Positions 12,035 through 24,989 of a stretch of DNA of 64,000 nt are shown here, piece by piece; the stretch's first letter is position 1; each line of letters opens with the position of its first letter. The translations under genes were made by a program, and so were the position numbers. This DNA comes from Euprymna scolopes. Lineage: Eukaryota. Where the stretch lies: assembly GCA_053919585.1 (NCBI GenBank), contig CM132784.1; one strand, 5' to 3'. The notes under the pieces were generated by a model. That model was not told the DNA's origin, ran no database searches, and worked only from the letters and a program-made list of their open reading frames with translations.

Positions 12035-14139
12035 AGATAGATGGAAATCATGTTTCCATTGATTCAATGAATTGTTCAACAGTGATGAGGATTCCACTAA
12101 AATCACAAATATGAGAATTAGATTGAACAGCTTTTGAAAGAAATAACCTCAAAGCTAAAATTGTAGGTATTATCATTGATATCGTTGAAGTTCTGTGACT
12201 TGCTTCTTTGGTGATTTCTTCAAATAAACTTGGTAACTAGGCAATTTTTTGAACAAGTTCCCATTGGTAAGTTGTTAAGGTAGGAATCTTGTTTTCAACA
12301 GCACACATTACAAGAGCTTTTCGTTGTTCGAAATTCTTTTTAGCATATATGTTGAATTCTACCATGTGGTCACATCTTGAATGAGTTTGTTTTTCCAAAT
12401 TAAGCTGATCCTGTATTTCAATTAATTTTCTAATTGCTAATGGAGAGTGACTAAAGTGAGAAACTATATTTTTGTTAGTTGTAATGATTGTCTTAATTTG
12501 TTGAGGAAAAAATTAGTCATTTATTGACAGTTGCAATGTATGTATGAAGCATAAGTGATTCTAAACCACATTTCCTGACACAACCAATCATATTTGTTCT
12601 TAAATTCTGCAAGACTAAGAAACTTTCTGGATTTTATACTCATCCAAAATATTGTGCAATTCTTCACTTATTCTTGCACCTGTGTGCACAATTGAACAAT
12701 TCTAAGCACAGCTCTGCACTGTTCAAAGTTATTTGAAAGCCAATGACCTATTAAACACAGAAAGGGAGCAGCTGTCCAAATGTCTGTAATCAAAGAAATG
12801 CTGCCAATTTCACCAAGAGATGATTGAATTTTAGTTTTTACTTTTGTAGATATATTGGAAATTATTTTTTCAGTGAAGTACTTTTTTTGATGGAATACTG
12901 TAATTTGGACAAAGTTTTGCAATAAGCCTTTTAAATCCAATGTCAGATGTTACAGAATATGGTTGAATATCAACAGCAATTATTTCTCTCATCAAATATG
13001 AGTAATTTAAAGACGTAAAAAATTAACTAAATATTACCAACAACCTGAAACCATTACGACAACTAGTTTATGCTGGAAGTGTTTTGATGGCAATCCCAAT
13101 AATATATAATACGTAATTATACAAGAATAATAATACAGTTATCTGCAAGTTATGTCAAAAGGGTGGCAAATCAGCAAAAAACGTTAATGACTAATATGTT
13201 AAACCATCTTAGAAAGGTTCATTCAAAAGAAGCTAAAGTTGCAGATAAGAAAAGGAAGCACAATGAATATTCAGGGACAGACATTCCAGAAACAAATGGC
13301 AGCAACTATGAGCCTCCAGCAGAACACCAAACTACTATAGAATCAATATTGGCCAAAAAGTAAGTTTGAGATATTAATGACTACAGGTCACAGTACTGAT
13401 TTCAAAAGTTTAAAAAAAAAATGACTTGAATACCATCAGCTAGCATCCAAACCAAAACATTTAGCACTTCAACCACGTTCCCTACCGTTTGAACTATGGA
13501 CAGGTAGATAAGAAAGATTTCAAATTAAACCACTTCAAGCTATGAATGAATTTGTGCATGTGCAAAAGTAATAGAAATATGTCGGCAAAAACATTTTGCG
13601 AACTTGCCGAAATATTTCTGTACGCGTTATTCATCCATTCAAACAAAGATTTTACTCGTTATAAATCATTTTTGGTGTATGATTACTATTTCCTGTTTCA
13701 GTGTTATGTGACCAATAGTTTATTGGTTAAATATTTACACACACACAGATAAGTAACTCGTTTTATTTATGTATGTTAGCGGTGAAGATTTTAAGTCATC
13801 AAACTCATTTAATGTATCTACATTTTTTACACATTTTCTGTCACGTTCCATCTGTCAAGTTTTAATTTAGTATCAAACTAAACGCATGATGCATCATATT
13901 TTCATTTGCACATTCAATGACGTCAGCATAATTTTGATGTATGGACAATTGTTCACCTTCTAAATACTTTGGTTTATGATTGAAATAATCTGGGAATTTT
14001 TCTCTCATTTGTTTTGTCAGCTCCACTAATGACTGCCATAATTCTATCATAAACTGATGGTTTAACCTGGTTTTAAAGTCAATTTAAATTTAGTAATTGT
14101 ATCAGTGTTACAATTTGCTGAAAATAAAAATTAAATCAT

Positions 14140-15890
14140 TGAAATATTCAACACTTTGCCAAGAACTTTGCAGCTAATTCTACCCTTTGCGATCAAGGCC
14201 GCCAACCCTCAATATTTCCTCCTGTATCAGAAAACACACTATGTGATATACAAATATCTGTGATGTTGTCAAGCTAATCAAAAACCTTGATTCCAGTAAA
14301 GCAACGGCCCTGACGGTATTCCAACTCAAAAAAACTTCAACCAGAACTAGCGCCTATACTTACAAAACTGTTTAAACGTTGTCTTAAGGAGAATTGCTTC
14401 CCATCACCCTGGAAAATCTCATCAGTACGTCCTGTATTTAAGAATTCAGGTGATCGTTCATCCCCCTCTCAGTATAGGCCAATAAGTCTCCTGTGCGTCA
14501 TGAGTAAGTTGCTGAAATCTGTTAAGTAGAGAAGTAATCAACCATCTCAGCAAAAATAACGTTCTTAGTGACATGCAATATGGTTACCGTTCTGCTAGAT
14601 CTACAGCAGATGTGCTTACAGTTATCTCATAGGATTAGCAAATCTCTCGACAGAGGCAACCTTTCTAGGGCAATTGCTCTTGACATATCAAAGGCCTTTG
14701 ATAGGGTATGGCATAAAGGTTTACTTCACAAGATCTCCAGCTATGGTATGGCTGGAAATGTCTTCTCAATTATTAAATCATTTCTCTCTGATAGGTTCAT
14801 AAGAGTAGTAATTGATGGACAAAAATCAGAAGCTCACAGTATTAATGCTGGAGTCCCTCAGGGGTCCATCCTGGGCCCAACTCTTTTCCTTATCTATATT
14901 AATGATCTTAATCACATCCTTACATCATTCATAGACATTTTTGCTGATGACACTACCATCTATGGTAGCACATCTAAGACAGTAAATGACCAAGTTCTCT
15001 CCGATTCTCTCTCCTCTGATCTTGATCACGTTGTACAATGGGGAAAGGAGTGGCTGGTTACTTTTAATGCATCTAAAACCAAGCTTTTATCTTTACATCA
15101 TCAACGTTCTGATCCACATCCGGCATCAATTAAAATGAATGGCTCTTGGGGAGTCCTCAAGTTTTGACAAGTTTCCGGGCTTGACCTTTACTCCTGACCT
15201 TAAGTGGAATAAGTACATCAAATTTGTTGCCAAGGCCGCTGGAAAAATGGTGGGATCCTTCTATTGATCCAGTAGATATCTCACTGCTGATGCAATTCTC
15301 TATCTATATAAGAGCTAGGTACGTCCAAGGATGGAATACTGTTGCCACATCTGAGCAGGAGCTTCTAGAAAGGACCTGTCCTGCCTTGATAGAGTTCAAA
15401 ATAGACTTTGTAGCCTCGTAGGAGATGTCCTTTTCTCTTCCCTGCAACCTCTATCTAATGGAAGAGATGTCGCGAGTTTGTCTCTGCTTTATCGTTATTT
15501 TCATGGAAAGTGTTCAACTGAGCTTCAATCTCCGGTCCCCCCTCGCCAAACTTTCACAAGAAACATTCGTCTAGCTGAAAACATTCCCCCCACTCTTTAT
15601 CTGTGCCTAAACCTAAACGTAGATTCTATGATCAAAGCTTTTTTCTTAGAATTGCACGCCTGTGGAATTGTCTTCCGTTTTCCTGCTTTCCAGCTGTCTA
15701 TAATATGGTTGTCTTCAAGCCAACGTAAACAAGTTTCTGATGAGCCGTTCCACTTAAGTTAACAAATTTACCGAACTTCCATTACTATCGATTACTATAT
15801 TGTCCTTTTGATTACTGTTCACTCTTTAACCCTTATCCTTGAGTGGCCTCTCGGCCTTGATAAGTGGTACCGCCTATGTAAAAAAACAAC
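14140..15890 (+). mobile_element. 5'-truncated CR1/L2-group LINE (RT pseudogene), family A
   Basis: RT motifs ALDISKAFDRVWH, GVPQGSILGPTLF, FADDTT and WLVTFNASKT with frameshifts and stops. 3' end CCTTGAGTGGCC..GGCCTTGATAAGTGG followed by an A-rich tail. Confidence 0.92.
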
Positions 15891-16494
15891 AAAAAACAAA
15901 CATATTTGTTTATTTGACTTTACCTTAAGCAGTTGTCATTATCCCTGATGTCAACGTTAAGACTATACAGATTTGCTCCTTTTTGGGAGCTTCATTATCT
16001 TGACATTAAAACCTGATCTTGTGTCAGATTTTTGCCTCAATGGCGAAGCAAGTTTGTCATTATTGTTTTGTTTTTGTCATCACAACATTTCGTCCACTGC
16101 ATCACTCAATCTTGATGCATGTGTCAATCAAAATTGATGGCATTGTGTTAATGTTTACTTAATTGCAAAAGTGAGGAGTCCCCATCTTTGATTATATTTT
16201 GACCTTTTAAATGTTTAATGTTTTGAATTTCGTTTTTCATGTAATTTGCTTAAAATTGATTCCTATTTTGATGTTTTTGACATTTTCTGTCATTTGATTG
16301 AATTCCAAACTTTGATTTAAAAAGAAATAATGCTAGAAAAAGATTTTCATCAGTTTTCTATTGCTCCCTTAATCTGTTGCTCCCTTATTCTATTGCATAC
16401 AGAAACTTTCAATTATATTGACAACTTACAAACTGCTGAAAAAAAAAAGGAATAAGTTCTGAGCAAACATTAGACATATTCATCTCACTTCACT

Positions 16495-16782
16495 CTTAAT
16501 TCCCTCCTCCCTCAAGTTGTTTGAAATGCCAATCATTCCTTACAATAGAACATATCCCCATAAACGACAGAAACCATAACCAAATCATTCTAAATATTAC
16601 CAAGCAAACAATATGAAATACTTTTTTCAAAAGACTGACCTAAATAAATTCTTACGCTTCCTAAAAGAAACAAACTATGCATACACATCTAAAACCACAA
16701 AAATCACATAAAATAACTTGCATATTATGAACTAGCAGGGCCTGTGTCCTGATATTGCCTGAGATAAAATATTAAAAAAAAA
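16495..16782 (+). mobile_element. I/Nimb-like LINE 3' remnant
   Basis: PPPSSCLKCQSFLTIEHI (CCHC-like) and KFLRFLKETNY, then an A-tail. Confidence 0.55.
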
Positions 16783-17519
16783 CACTTACACTCTTAAAAA
16801 AATATCTATAAAATATTTTAAGTTTTAGAGTGAGGGATCACTGTGAGGGAACCTTGAATAGATGTTTGCATTCCACTATTAATGTTTATTTAATTGCAAA
16901 GGTGAGTGTGTGGGGAGTAGGCTTTTTTTTATTCGTTTAAATTGAATGCAGTTGACTAAAACATAATTTATCCAGCAATCAGAATAGAAATCCTAGAATG
17001 TGGAATAAAGTGGTGAGATAATAGTGTGTTCTCTATATAATCAAGTGTCGAAAGGTGGTGTGTTTGTAGATATTTTATAGAGAGAGAATATGGTTGTTGC
17101 CCTCTATTTAGAAGACATTGTTGAGAGAAGCAGAAATCTTAGAATGAATGCAATAATTTTTGTAATCAAAAAAATGTAAAAGTATTTTTGTAAAACATGC
17201 TGTAGGAAGTTCTGTTGATGTTTAGTTTAAAAGATTTGCATAGAAAATGTTCAGTTATTTCTCTATAATTGCTGAATTTACAGGTGATTTTGTATATATA
17301 ATATTTCTGTTCGTCTGTCCATTCCACTTTTTCTCAAACTACTTGGTCGATCTAGCTGAAATTTTGTATGGATTTTTTACAATAAGTTGCATTGAACTAA
17401 GTAAGATAGTATTCGTTTGATGCACAGTTAGGGATTAGGATTTAATGCAAAAAGGAGCATAAATTTAACCATATTCAACCATCAATCTGGCATAAAGCAC
17501 TCATTCTAAGTCAACTTAG

Positions 17520-17579
<60 letters not shown>

Positions 17580-17596
17580 GTGCACACACACACACA

Positions 17597-17760
17597 CTAG
17601 CAGTGAAACCCCCACGTTGCCCAGGATTGAATAAGGATCAACGAATGTGTCGCATTTCCAATACTTGTTATCGAAATTAGTGAAATTGCCCTTTAAGCAA
17701 ATGGATTGATTGCCTACTCTAGTCAGGGGCACATGCAGTGCACTTGGAGGAAGCTTAACA
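17597..17760 (-). mobile_element. Helitron 3' end with possible helicase C-terminal remnant
   Basis: CTAG plus degenerate hairpin at 17597-17626. Minus-strand LHVPLTRVG resembles the Pif1-type motif LYVALSRV. Another 3' end lies at about 18490-18522. Confidence 0.5.
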
Positions 17761-19570
17761 TGCCTCCCAAGACTTCGACTACAATAAAATGTATTAAAAT
17801 TTTGATATTAATTTTAATACCGTTTTAGTTTAAATAAACATGTTCATTATCAGAGATTGGAATGAACGTGTTTCTGTTATTTGGAATCATGTCTTCGTCC
17901 TTAACAGCAACAAACTTAAATCATCATAGTTTTAAAAAATATGTTTTTAATCAATTGCATAAATTTCTATTATTCGTTGAAAGAATTATATCAATGTAAT
18001 ATTTGTAAGATAGGAATAGAAAACCAATAAATCTAATCCCGTTTTATTGTCATTTTAATAACTCAACAAAACCCTCAAAATTGATCCATTTTTTTTTTTT
18101 TCATGTATTTTGTTTCCCAATGAAATTGCATGCAATCCTTTATTCTTCAGATTTATACTAATCTCCTTGAATCCGAAATCACTTTGATATCACTTACAAG
18201 TGATCACAAGTGTTAGACTTACTGCAAGTAGATGATGTCATCAACCTTGACTTGGATTTAAGGTTCAGCTGTTAGTGTTTATAAATAATTGGATTATTGC
18301 ATTAAAGAGTGCACCTCTACTTTTAATCCCAATATTTTTCGATTTGACTTTCATGTTTTGAGAAATGAACTTGAAACCTGAAAGTTCTATTCAGTCTTAA
18401 ATTCTAAACTGTTGAGGTTTCATTACTTGGGTTTTCTTTTCACATAAAATTGAATTAACTTCAACATAAAAGTGGAAATACATTAACAACTAGCTAGCTG
18501 TACGTATGCAGCGTTGCCCGGGAGTCAACTGTTATGTTTATCTTTGTTTGCTTGTAAATTAAATCTTTGTTTATTTATATAAAATATCTTTAATAGTATT
18601 TTTGGTGCTTCTTTTCAATTAGTTGCTTTGATGTACTTACTTGTCATGCTGAAATACCTGTATTCACCAAAAATTAGAAAAAATAATCGACTAGAAGATT
18701 AATTACAATTGAAAATCAAATTCATCGTAAATTACACTTTAGTTGGATTACGTTGTTCGTTTTTACTTTCTTAAATGAAATAATGTCTTATCTCCCCTAC
18801 TTATCAATAGTGGATGAAAAAAAAAAAATATGACCAATTATTTTTAAATAAAAAGTTCTATGCAATTTTTTACTCTTTTTTTCCTTTTGTTTATTTTACT
18901 GATTTAAACATGACGCCCCAGTATGTTGAAGTGCTTTTTGTTTTTTGTTTAATTAGACATGCGATTTTAAACTGTAATTACTAGTAAAGAAACACCGTAA
19001 TTTGAAACTTAAATATAATAATTAACGGTATGGGTGGTTAAAGGAATTAATAATTGAACGAAATTGTTATAAATCGATAACTAATTTTGTTAGAGTAATG
19101 TCAATGATAATCGGCCAACCCCCCCCCCTCCGCAAAAACGCCTTCTAAATCTTTTCTATATACCTATCTCACACAATGCTCTAGCAAATTACATCCATTA
19201 AAAAAAAAAATACTGACAGAAATCCACCCAATAAAAATTACCATAACACAGATTTTTGTTAGTATTTTTTTTTTTTTTTAGATTTGACCAATTCTCGAGA
19301 CTCCAAAGGGAACAAAGAGAATCATGGCGCCATCTTTTTTTTTCCGTTTCATACTTAAAAGATGCTTTAAAATCAGTTAAAACATATCCATGTAGGTAGA
19401 AGAATAACTTATCTTGCCTTTGGTAACATTTATTTATATATTTGTTTCTTTACCACTCTTTCGTACCTCGGTCTATTGTAAAACAAACCCCATTTTTTAA
19501 AGTTGCACAGAGTAATTATAATAGAGTATAGTGTGATAACAAAGTAAACAGAAACATTAGAAAGTACAAA

Positions 19571-20597
19571 TCTATATAATACTAAAAGTCTATGGATCTT
19601 GTATGTTTGCAATCAGATTTCCGGTTTTCAACATCCGGTTGCGCATGCGTAAATAGCAACGTCTTCAATCCGTTATTCCAATTCCGGAATTTTTATATCG
19701 CTTTTAATACAAACAATTTCATTTAATTTGATCAAATAGTTATTTATATATACAAATAATACATAGATTCATAGATAATTATAATATATATTATAAAATC
19801 TATTTATCTATGAATCTATTAATAATATGAAATATTACCCTATACAATTTATGGAAAGAAAACACCTCTCACTTTCCCTCTAATAGATTTCAACACTCCT
19901 ACTCCCTCTGTTTTCGTTACGTACGCGAGAAATAGTTACGTGTATGTGTGAGAGAGAGAAAAAGGGGGCGATGTAAAACTGGATAGAGTTATCCCCCTTA
20001 ACTAATGCAGACCTTTTTACTAGAGGGCGTTATTACAAAAAAATTTCCTTTTCTTCTTGCCATGTTTTTTAAAGTCGTCTGCTTACATTTCCAAACGGAA
20101 AGCTGAATCGGTAAATGCACACATTTCTATTACATTAAATAGTGTTTTCCTTTACACAATGGGTACTGAATGTTTGCTTAAATTAAATGAAAAAAGTTAC
20201 ATTTTATTTTCATTTTCTATTTAAAAAGCCATTATTAACATGTGGAGAGTGTTTTTTTTTATTATTCTGTACTTTCAACTAACAATTTCATTTAAAAGAT
20301 GATATATCAAAATTTGAATTTAACTATAATAAGGATTATGATACCTGTTCAGTGCATAAGTATGACCAACCACTTATAATTCAGTAACTGTAATTTAAAA
20401 GAAAATAACAATTATAATAAACAGAACGACTCATAGAAATCTATCTATATTCTTTTTTCATTTTAATATACTTTCATAGAAATGCTTCTGTTATGTAAAA
20501 AAAAAAAACTATTTTCTTTATGCCACAAGTGTCACGCTCATACATGAATTCCAAAGCTAATATAACGTACTGACCCAACGGGTCACGGGTGGTCTAG
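19571..20597 (+). mobile_element. Non-autonomous Helitron (different subfamily)
   Basis: A|TCTATATAATA 5' end; TGACCCAACGGGTCA hairpin then CTAG|T. Confidence 0.7.
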
Positions 20598-21009
20598 TAA
20601 TGTTATAAAATTGTTTGTGTAAATAACATTTCTAAGTATTGAATCGCCATAAAAAATACGAAAAGAATATTTTAAATTTAAAAAAGCAAACGTTCAAAAT
20701 TACTTATTCGTTTAAACTCTAAACGTAATGCATAAATAAAATATTTATAAATCTGTTGTTTTTTTAAGCATACTTGATTTAAATGTAAAAATGAAAGCAA
20801 TTATCATAAATCTGATTTTCACACAGATTTATTTTTTATTTTATTTTCCTATTTTACGAAGAATATCGGAACCGTACTGGAAATTGCAATAAATAAACCC
20901 AGGAAAAGTAATGAAATAGTCGATTTTTAAAAAATTCTAATAACATTAAAACTAACTTTTATTCATGTTCACACACACAATATCTTATTCTATATTTATA
21001 AGGATGTCA

Positions 21010-22038
21010 TTGATGGCCATGCATTCAAACAGCATAACATTAATGTGGGAGTGCTTCAGGGGGTCGATCTTTGAATCAGTATTATTCCTGATAATCATTA
21101 ATGACCTGCCTGATAACATCGTATCAGAGATGGGTATATTTGCTGGTCATACAACGCTCTATAACATGCACGTGAGAACAACAGATGTACACAAAATGTA
21201 TAAAAAGAGTCTGAACCAAGGTTGCCAGATTGGCCTTTTTAAGGCCAAATTTTGTGAATTTGGTCTTAAAAAGATTGTATTTGCCTTCAATTTGGGCCTT
21301 TTTTCTGATTATTTTACAAAAATATTTATTTCATAATAATTATCAAAGAAAACGCTATGATTAATTTTTTAAGAAGTTTGGTATTCAATATTGTTTAGGA
21401 TTTTTTAATTTTTGGTTTTTCCTTCACTATTTTAAATTTCTGTGCTTAATATTCATAGGCAATATGAACTGAAATATATTGAGGACATTGTGAAGGCTGT
21501 TGCAAAGAAGGTGGGTTCCCTCTATCATGCTAGAAGACTGTTAACACCTGAGAGTACCCTGTACCTCCACAAAGCCACCAATCGCCCATTTATGAAGTAT
21601 TGTTGCCAGATCTGGGCTAGTGCATCTACCACTAGTCCCTTCCTCTTAAATAGGGTCCAAAAATAGGTCCCACTTTGTTGACTAGGCTCCAACCCCTGTC
21701 CCATTGCTGCAATGTTACATCTGTTTTACAACTATTTTAATGGAATGTGCTCTGATGAACTCGTTGCAGTTGTGCTCCCTCGACATACATATCCCCTATA
21801 AATCCACTTAGCAACAAAATCACACCTCTTCACTATTGATGTCCCTAAATGCCAGAAAGCTTTCTACTTTAATAGTTTCTTCCCTTCGGAATTCCCTTCC
21901 TGGTACCTGTTTCCCTGACTATACTGGTGTACAGAAGTTTAAATGTAACATAAACCAACATCTTGTTAATCTTTTCTAGGCATGGCCCCAAATAGTAGTG
22001 ATATGCCTTGTTAGGGGTGAATGTAAGCAGAAAAAAAT
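21010..22038 (+). mobile_element. CR1/L2-group LINE fragment, family B, interrupted at about 21215-21440
   Basis: QGSIFESVLFLIIINDLPD, YLHKATNRPFMKYCCQIWA; 3' end GCCTTGTTAGGGGTGAATGTAA. The inner insertion begins CAAGGTTGCCAGA (DNA-transposon-like terminus). Confidence 0.8.
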
Positions 22039-22107
22039 AAGTAAGAAGATTGCCGCCTCGTTTCTCTGTTTGTACCCAACTTTATTTCCATATTAAAAGT
22101 TGCAGGT

Positions 22108-22550
22108 TTCTATATTATACAAACGAAAAAAAAAAAAAAATGAATTTCAAGTGAAGCAGATGGTACCTACGTAATTGTCTAATCTCAAATAGTAACATAT
22201 TCAAAATTTCCGAAAAACGATAGGGTATAAAAATAATTATTTATGAAAAGAGAAATTTATGAAAGGAAGCAAAATCACTATATCATGCTTACTAAAAACG
22301 AAATAAGTTGACATGGGAGGTAATGAAATTCTGTTGCTTACGTCATGTGACGAACGTAATTCAAAATGTCGGACAAAATTTATTCCCCATATAAATTTTT
22401 ATCAAAAACAGTTTTTCATTAATAATTATTTTTTATACCTTATATTTTTCCGTAATTTTTGGATATGTTACTATTTTAGACCTGACAATTACGTAGGTAT
22501 CATTTATTTCAGTAGAAATTCAATATTATTTTCGTTTGTATAATATAGAA
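22108..22550. mobile_element. MITE/foldback element with about 145-bp imperfect inverted arms
   Basis: TTCTATATTATACAAACGAAAA...TACCTACGTAATTGTC...AATAGTAACATAT is mirrored by ATATGTTACTATT...GACAATTACGTAGGTA...TTTTCGTTTGTATAATATAGAA. Confidence 0.8.
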
Positions 22551-23169
22551 GCGCCAAAATTGCTCGTAAAAGAAAATTAACAAAATGGCAGAAACATCTT
22601 ATGTACGCGCTACACTAAAAATTATGCAAATTCGTGCAGCATATTTTAACAAGAAAAACACATCTTGAGGCGAAATGTCTCGTCCGCCATTTTCTGCCTG
22701 GATTAAAGTAAACTTAAGAGGTATAATTCAACACACTCACCGGAGTAACACTGAAGAGAAATCGTTTATTGATCAAATTTTATTTTACAAAGAAGAAAAT
22801 ACTGGATGATTTTGTGTAAGTTTTGGTATACAACCTTTTAAAAATCTAACAAGTAAATAAAGTTTTTGTGCAATTATATTTTTTAAATATTGAGGTAAAA
22901 CTAGATAAACGCCTGTTCCTCTATAGAGAACAAAAAATAAAGATTTCATGTAAAATCATTTGAATCTTTATTTTGGTTAATACATTACAAATCGGTCTAG
23001 CGAAAGTCACCTCAACAGTCCTGCATTATTCATATATAATTTAAAAGTTTTGAAATCAAACTACAAGGTCATCCATTATTCAAAGATTTTAATCTTTGAA
23101 ACGTACCAATACAACGAAATAAAAGAAATTACGTAAGTGAAGATTTGATTGATATTGTCTTATTGTTTA

Positions 23170-23917
23170 CTAGCTGGTTGCCCAGTCATACAATACGCTT
23201 AAATGTGATATTTTAATTTATGCCGATTGCGTTGGTATTATAATAGAACCAATCCTCTATCGATTATTATATATTACGAGGAATAATTTGCCCGGTGGAC
23301 TAATTTGAAAATAATAATGATAATCTCGTTCATCAAATTCCGTTTCTCTTTGTTTACAATATCATGTCAGCTGATATTTGGGCTTGACGATGAATGCCCT
23401 GGAAAAGTCACTTCTGCTTAATGTTTAGTTTTAAAATATGCCAATGAAGAAATAATTTGCAGCGGTTTTAAATAGTACCTCTTCTTTTATCGTAAATTGA
23501 ACTCATTTTTAAGAAAAAATTAAAATAGTGATGTATCCCCGGACTTGAACAGGGGATCATTCTATCTGTAGTCAAATACTCTAACACTGAACTATATCTC
23601 CAGATGACAATACGATTATTTTTTTAAGAAGAAATGATTTGCTGAGATTTTATTTCCTTTGGCTGGTGTAATGTGAAATATTCCCCAGTAAACATTCTTT
23701 TTTTATCTATAAGAGAGATAGACTATTCTTAAGATCGGATTTTTTCAGTTTTCGATACGTATTGGATGAATTTCTGTACAAAACATCTTAGAACACTGCC
23801 AGATATATAAATTACCTTTGTGTGAAATTTGCAAAAGATGGGCTCAGCCGTTTCGGAACCTATGAGGAAGGAACACACACACACACACACAAAGTGACTT
23901 TTATATAAAAGTGGAGA
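23170..23917 (-). mobile_element. Non-autonomous Helitron-like element carrying a tRNA-Cys relic
   Basis: CTAG at 23170. The opposite end has the ACACAC...TTTTATATA...GA signature shared with the other Helitrons. Confidence 0.6.
23530..23601 (-). pseudogene. tRNA-Cys-derived pseudogene or SINE head
   Basis: Reverse complement GGAGATATAGTTCAGTGTTAGAGTATTTGACTACAGATAGAATGATCCCCTGTTCAAGTCCGGGG aligns with metazoan tRNA-Cys(GCA). The anticodon is mutated to ACA and the acceptor stem is broken. Confidence 0.75.
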
Positions 23918-24382
23918 TGGTTTAAGGTTTTGAAATCAAACTAAAGGTTTATCCTTTATTCAAAGATTTGAATATTTGAAACGCATCTATACAACGAAAT
24001 AAAAGAAAGAAATTACGTAAGTGAAGGTTTGATTGATATTGTCTTATTGTTTATTAAAATTAAAGTTTTATTATGCAAAACTGTAAATGGTGTCAAGTGT
24101 CATTTTGCTGTAACATTAGACATTGAAAGACGTCACAAATACAAATCTTGTTTTTTTTTTTTTTTTTTTGCTTTCAAAATAGATTCGTATCTTCTGTCAA
24201 CTTTGCAATAGTTATTTGTCATGAGATCATTTGTTTCTTTTTTTCTTCCTTTTCCCTTTTTCTTTTTTTAAATTTATATCCATCGCTATTTGTAAATGCA
24301 TTGCTCTGGATTCAACATTTGAAGTTGCGACTATCGTTTAAGAAATGGTCAGTATGTTGTTCATTTACAATCAAAAGCTAAT

Positions 24383-24436
24383 CCTTGGCCTTTTGGTCAA
24401 GATCAAAGTGTAATTGAACTTTACTTTTTCACACAT

Positions 24437-24473
<37 letters not shown>

Positions 24474-24989
24474 TAATATATTTAAAAAAAAAATTTAAAA
24501 AAAATGCATACACAAACACACAGACAACTGTTTATAAATTGTAAATATGGTTTTGATTCTTAAACGCTGGGGATTTATTAGTTAGTTTAAGATCCATAGA
24601 GTGAATGAGGTATTTTGGTAAATGTTGCCAGTCAAGAGTAAGACTCCAAAGTCTACATTTATTACTTTTTAATCACTTTAGTCACAAAGACCCTGAACCC
24701 TTGCCCTCCCCAATTTCTTGTAGGGCCTTGTGCCTAATTTTGTTGTTTGAAAATCTTTTTTTTTTTTTTTACTTAATTGTATTTACAAAATTTTAAAAGC
24801 AATAAAATATCTAAACAAGATCAAAGTGTAGTATCTGTTCTTCAGATGCTGCACTTCTATTTCTTGTTCTCTTTCGGTGGAGGAGAAATCCTTCACGACT
24901 GAGACAATTTTTATTTTTGTACCTTTTCTCCACGTTAAAAAACGACCCTGGTGTCTAACTCTGTCCCGTGGGGAGGCATAGTAAATAGG
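24383..24989 (+). mobile_element. U2-snRNA-headed SINE-like element, copy 2 (about 190 bp plus a nested insert of about 400 bp)
   Basis: TTGGCCTTTTGGTCAAGATCAAAGTGTA (24385-24412) resumes as CAAGATCAAAGTGTAGTATCTGTTCTT (24816-24842), matching the U2 5' end. Exact 17-bp TSD TACAATCAAAAGCTAAT at 24366-24382 and 24990-25006. Confidence 0.85.

Larger units (their letters stand above)
9663..13395 (-). mobile_element. Decayed hAT (Ac/ZBED-like) transposon interrupted by Helitrons, with an inverted N-terminal BED segment
   Basis: Terminus TAGGTGTGTACCGATTAATCGG with ATCGG/CCGAT subterminal repeats at about 9663-9725. Dimerisation domain LASKYLSTPSSSVESERLFS (10176-10409). FLDP*FK at about 10700, QDVTT.*NSTY at about 12370, CFIHTLQL at about 12540, SLITDIWT at about 12780. 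BED finger VICKLC...TNMLNHLRKVH lies on the + strand at 13130-13230. Confidence 0.85.

Noticed and set aside
14568-15167. Intact or domesticated reverse transcriptase
   Set aside because: Frameshifts and stops on both sides, 5'-truncated, with several decayed sibling copies in the window.
23530-23601. Functional tRNA-Cys
   Set aside because: Broken acceptor stem and D-loop; embedded in a Helitron-like element.
24385-24842. Functional U2 snRNA gene
   Set aside because: Only about 40 nt of U2, interrupted, TSD-bounded, and lacking the downstream U2 stems.
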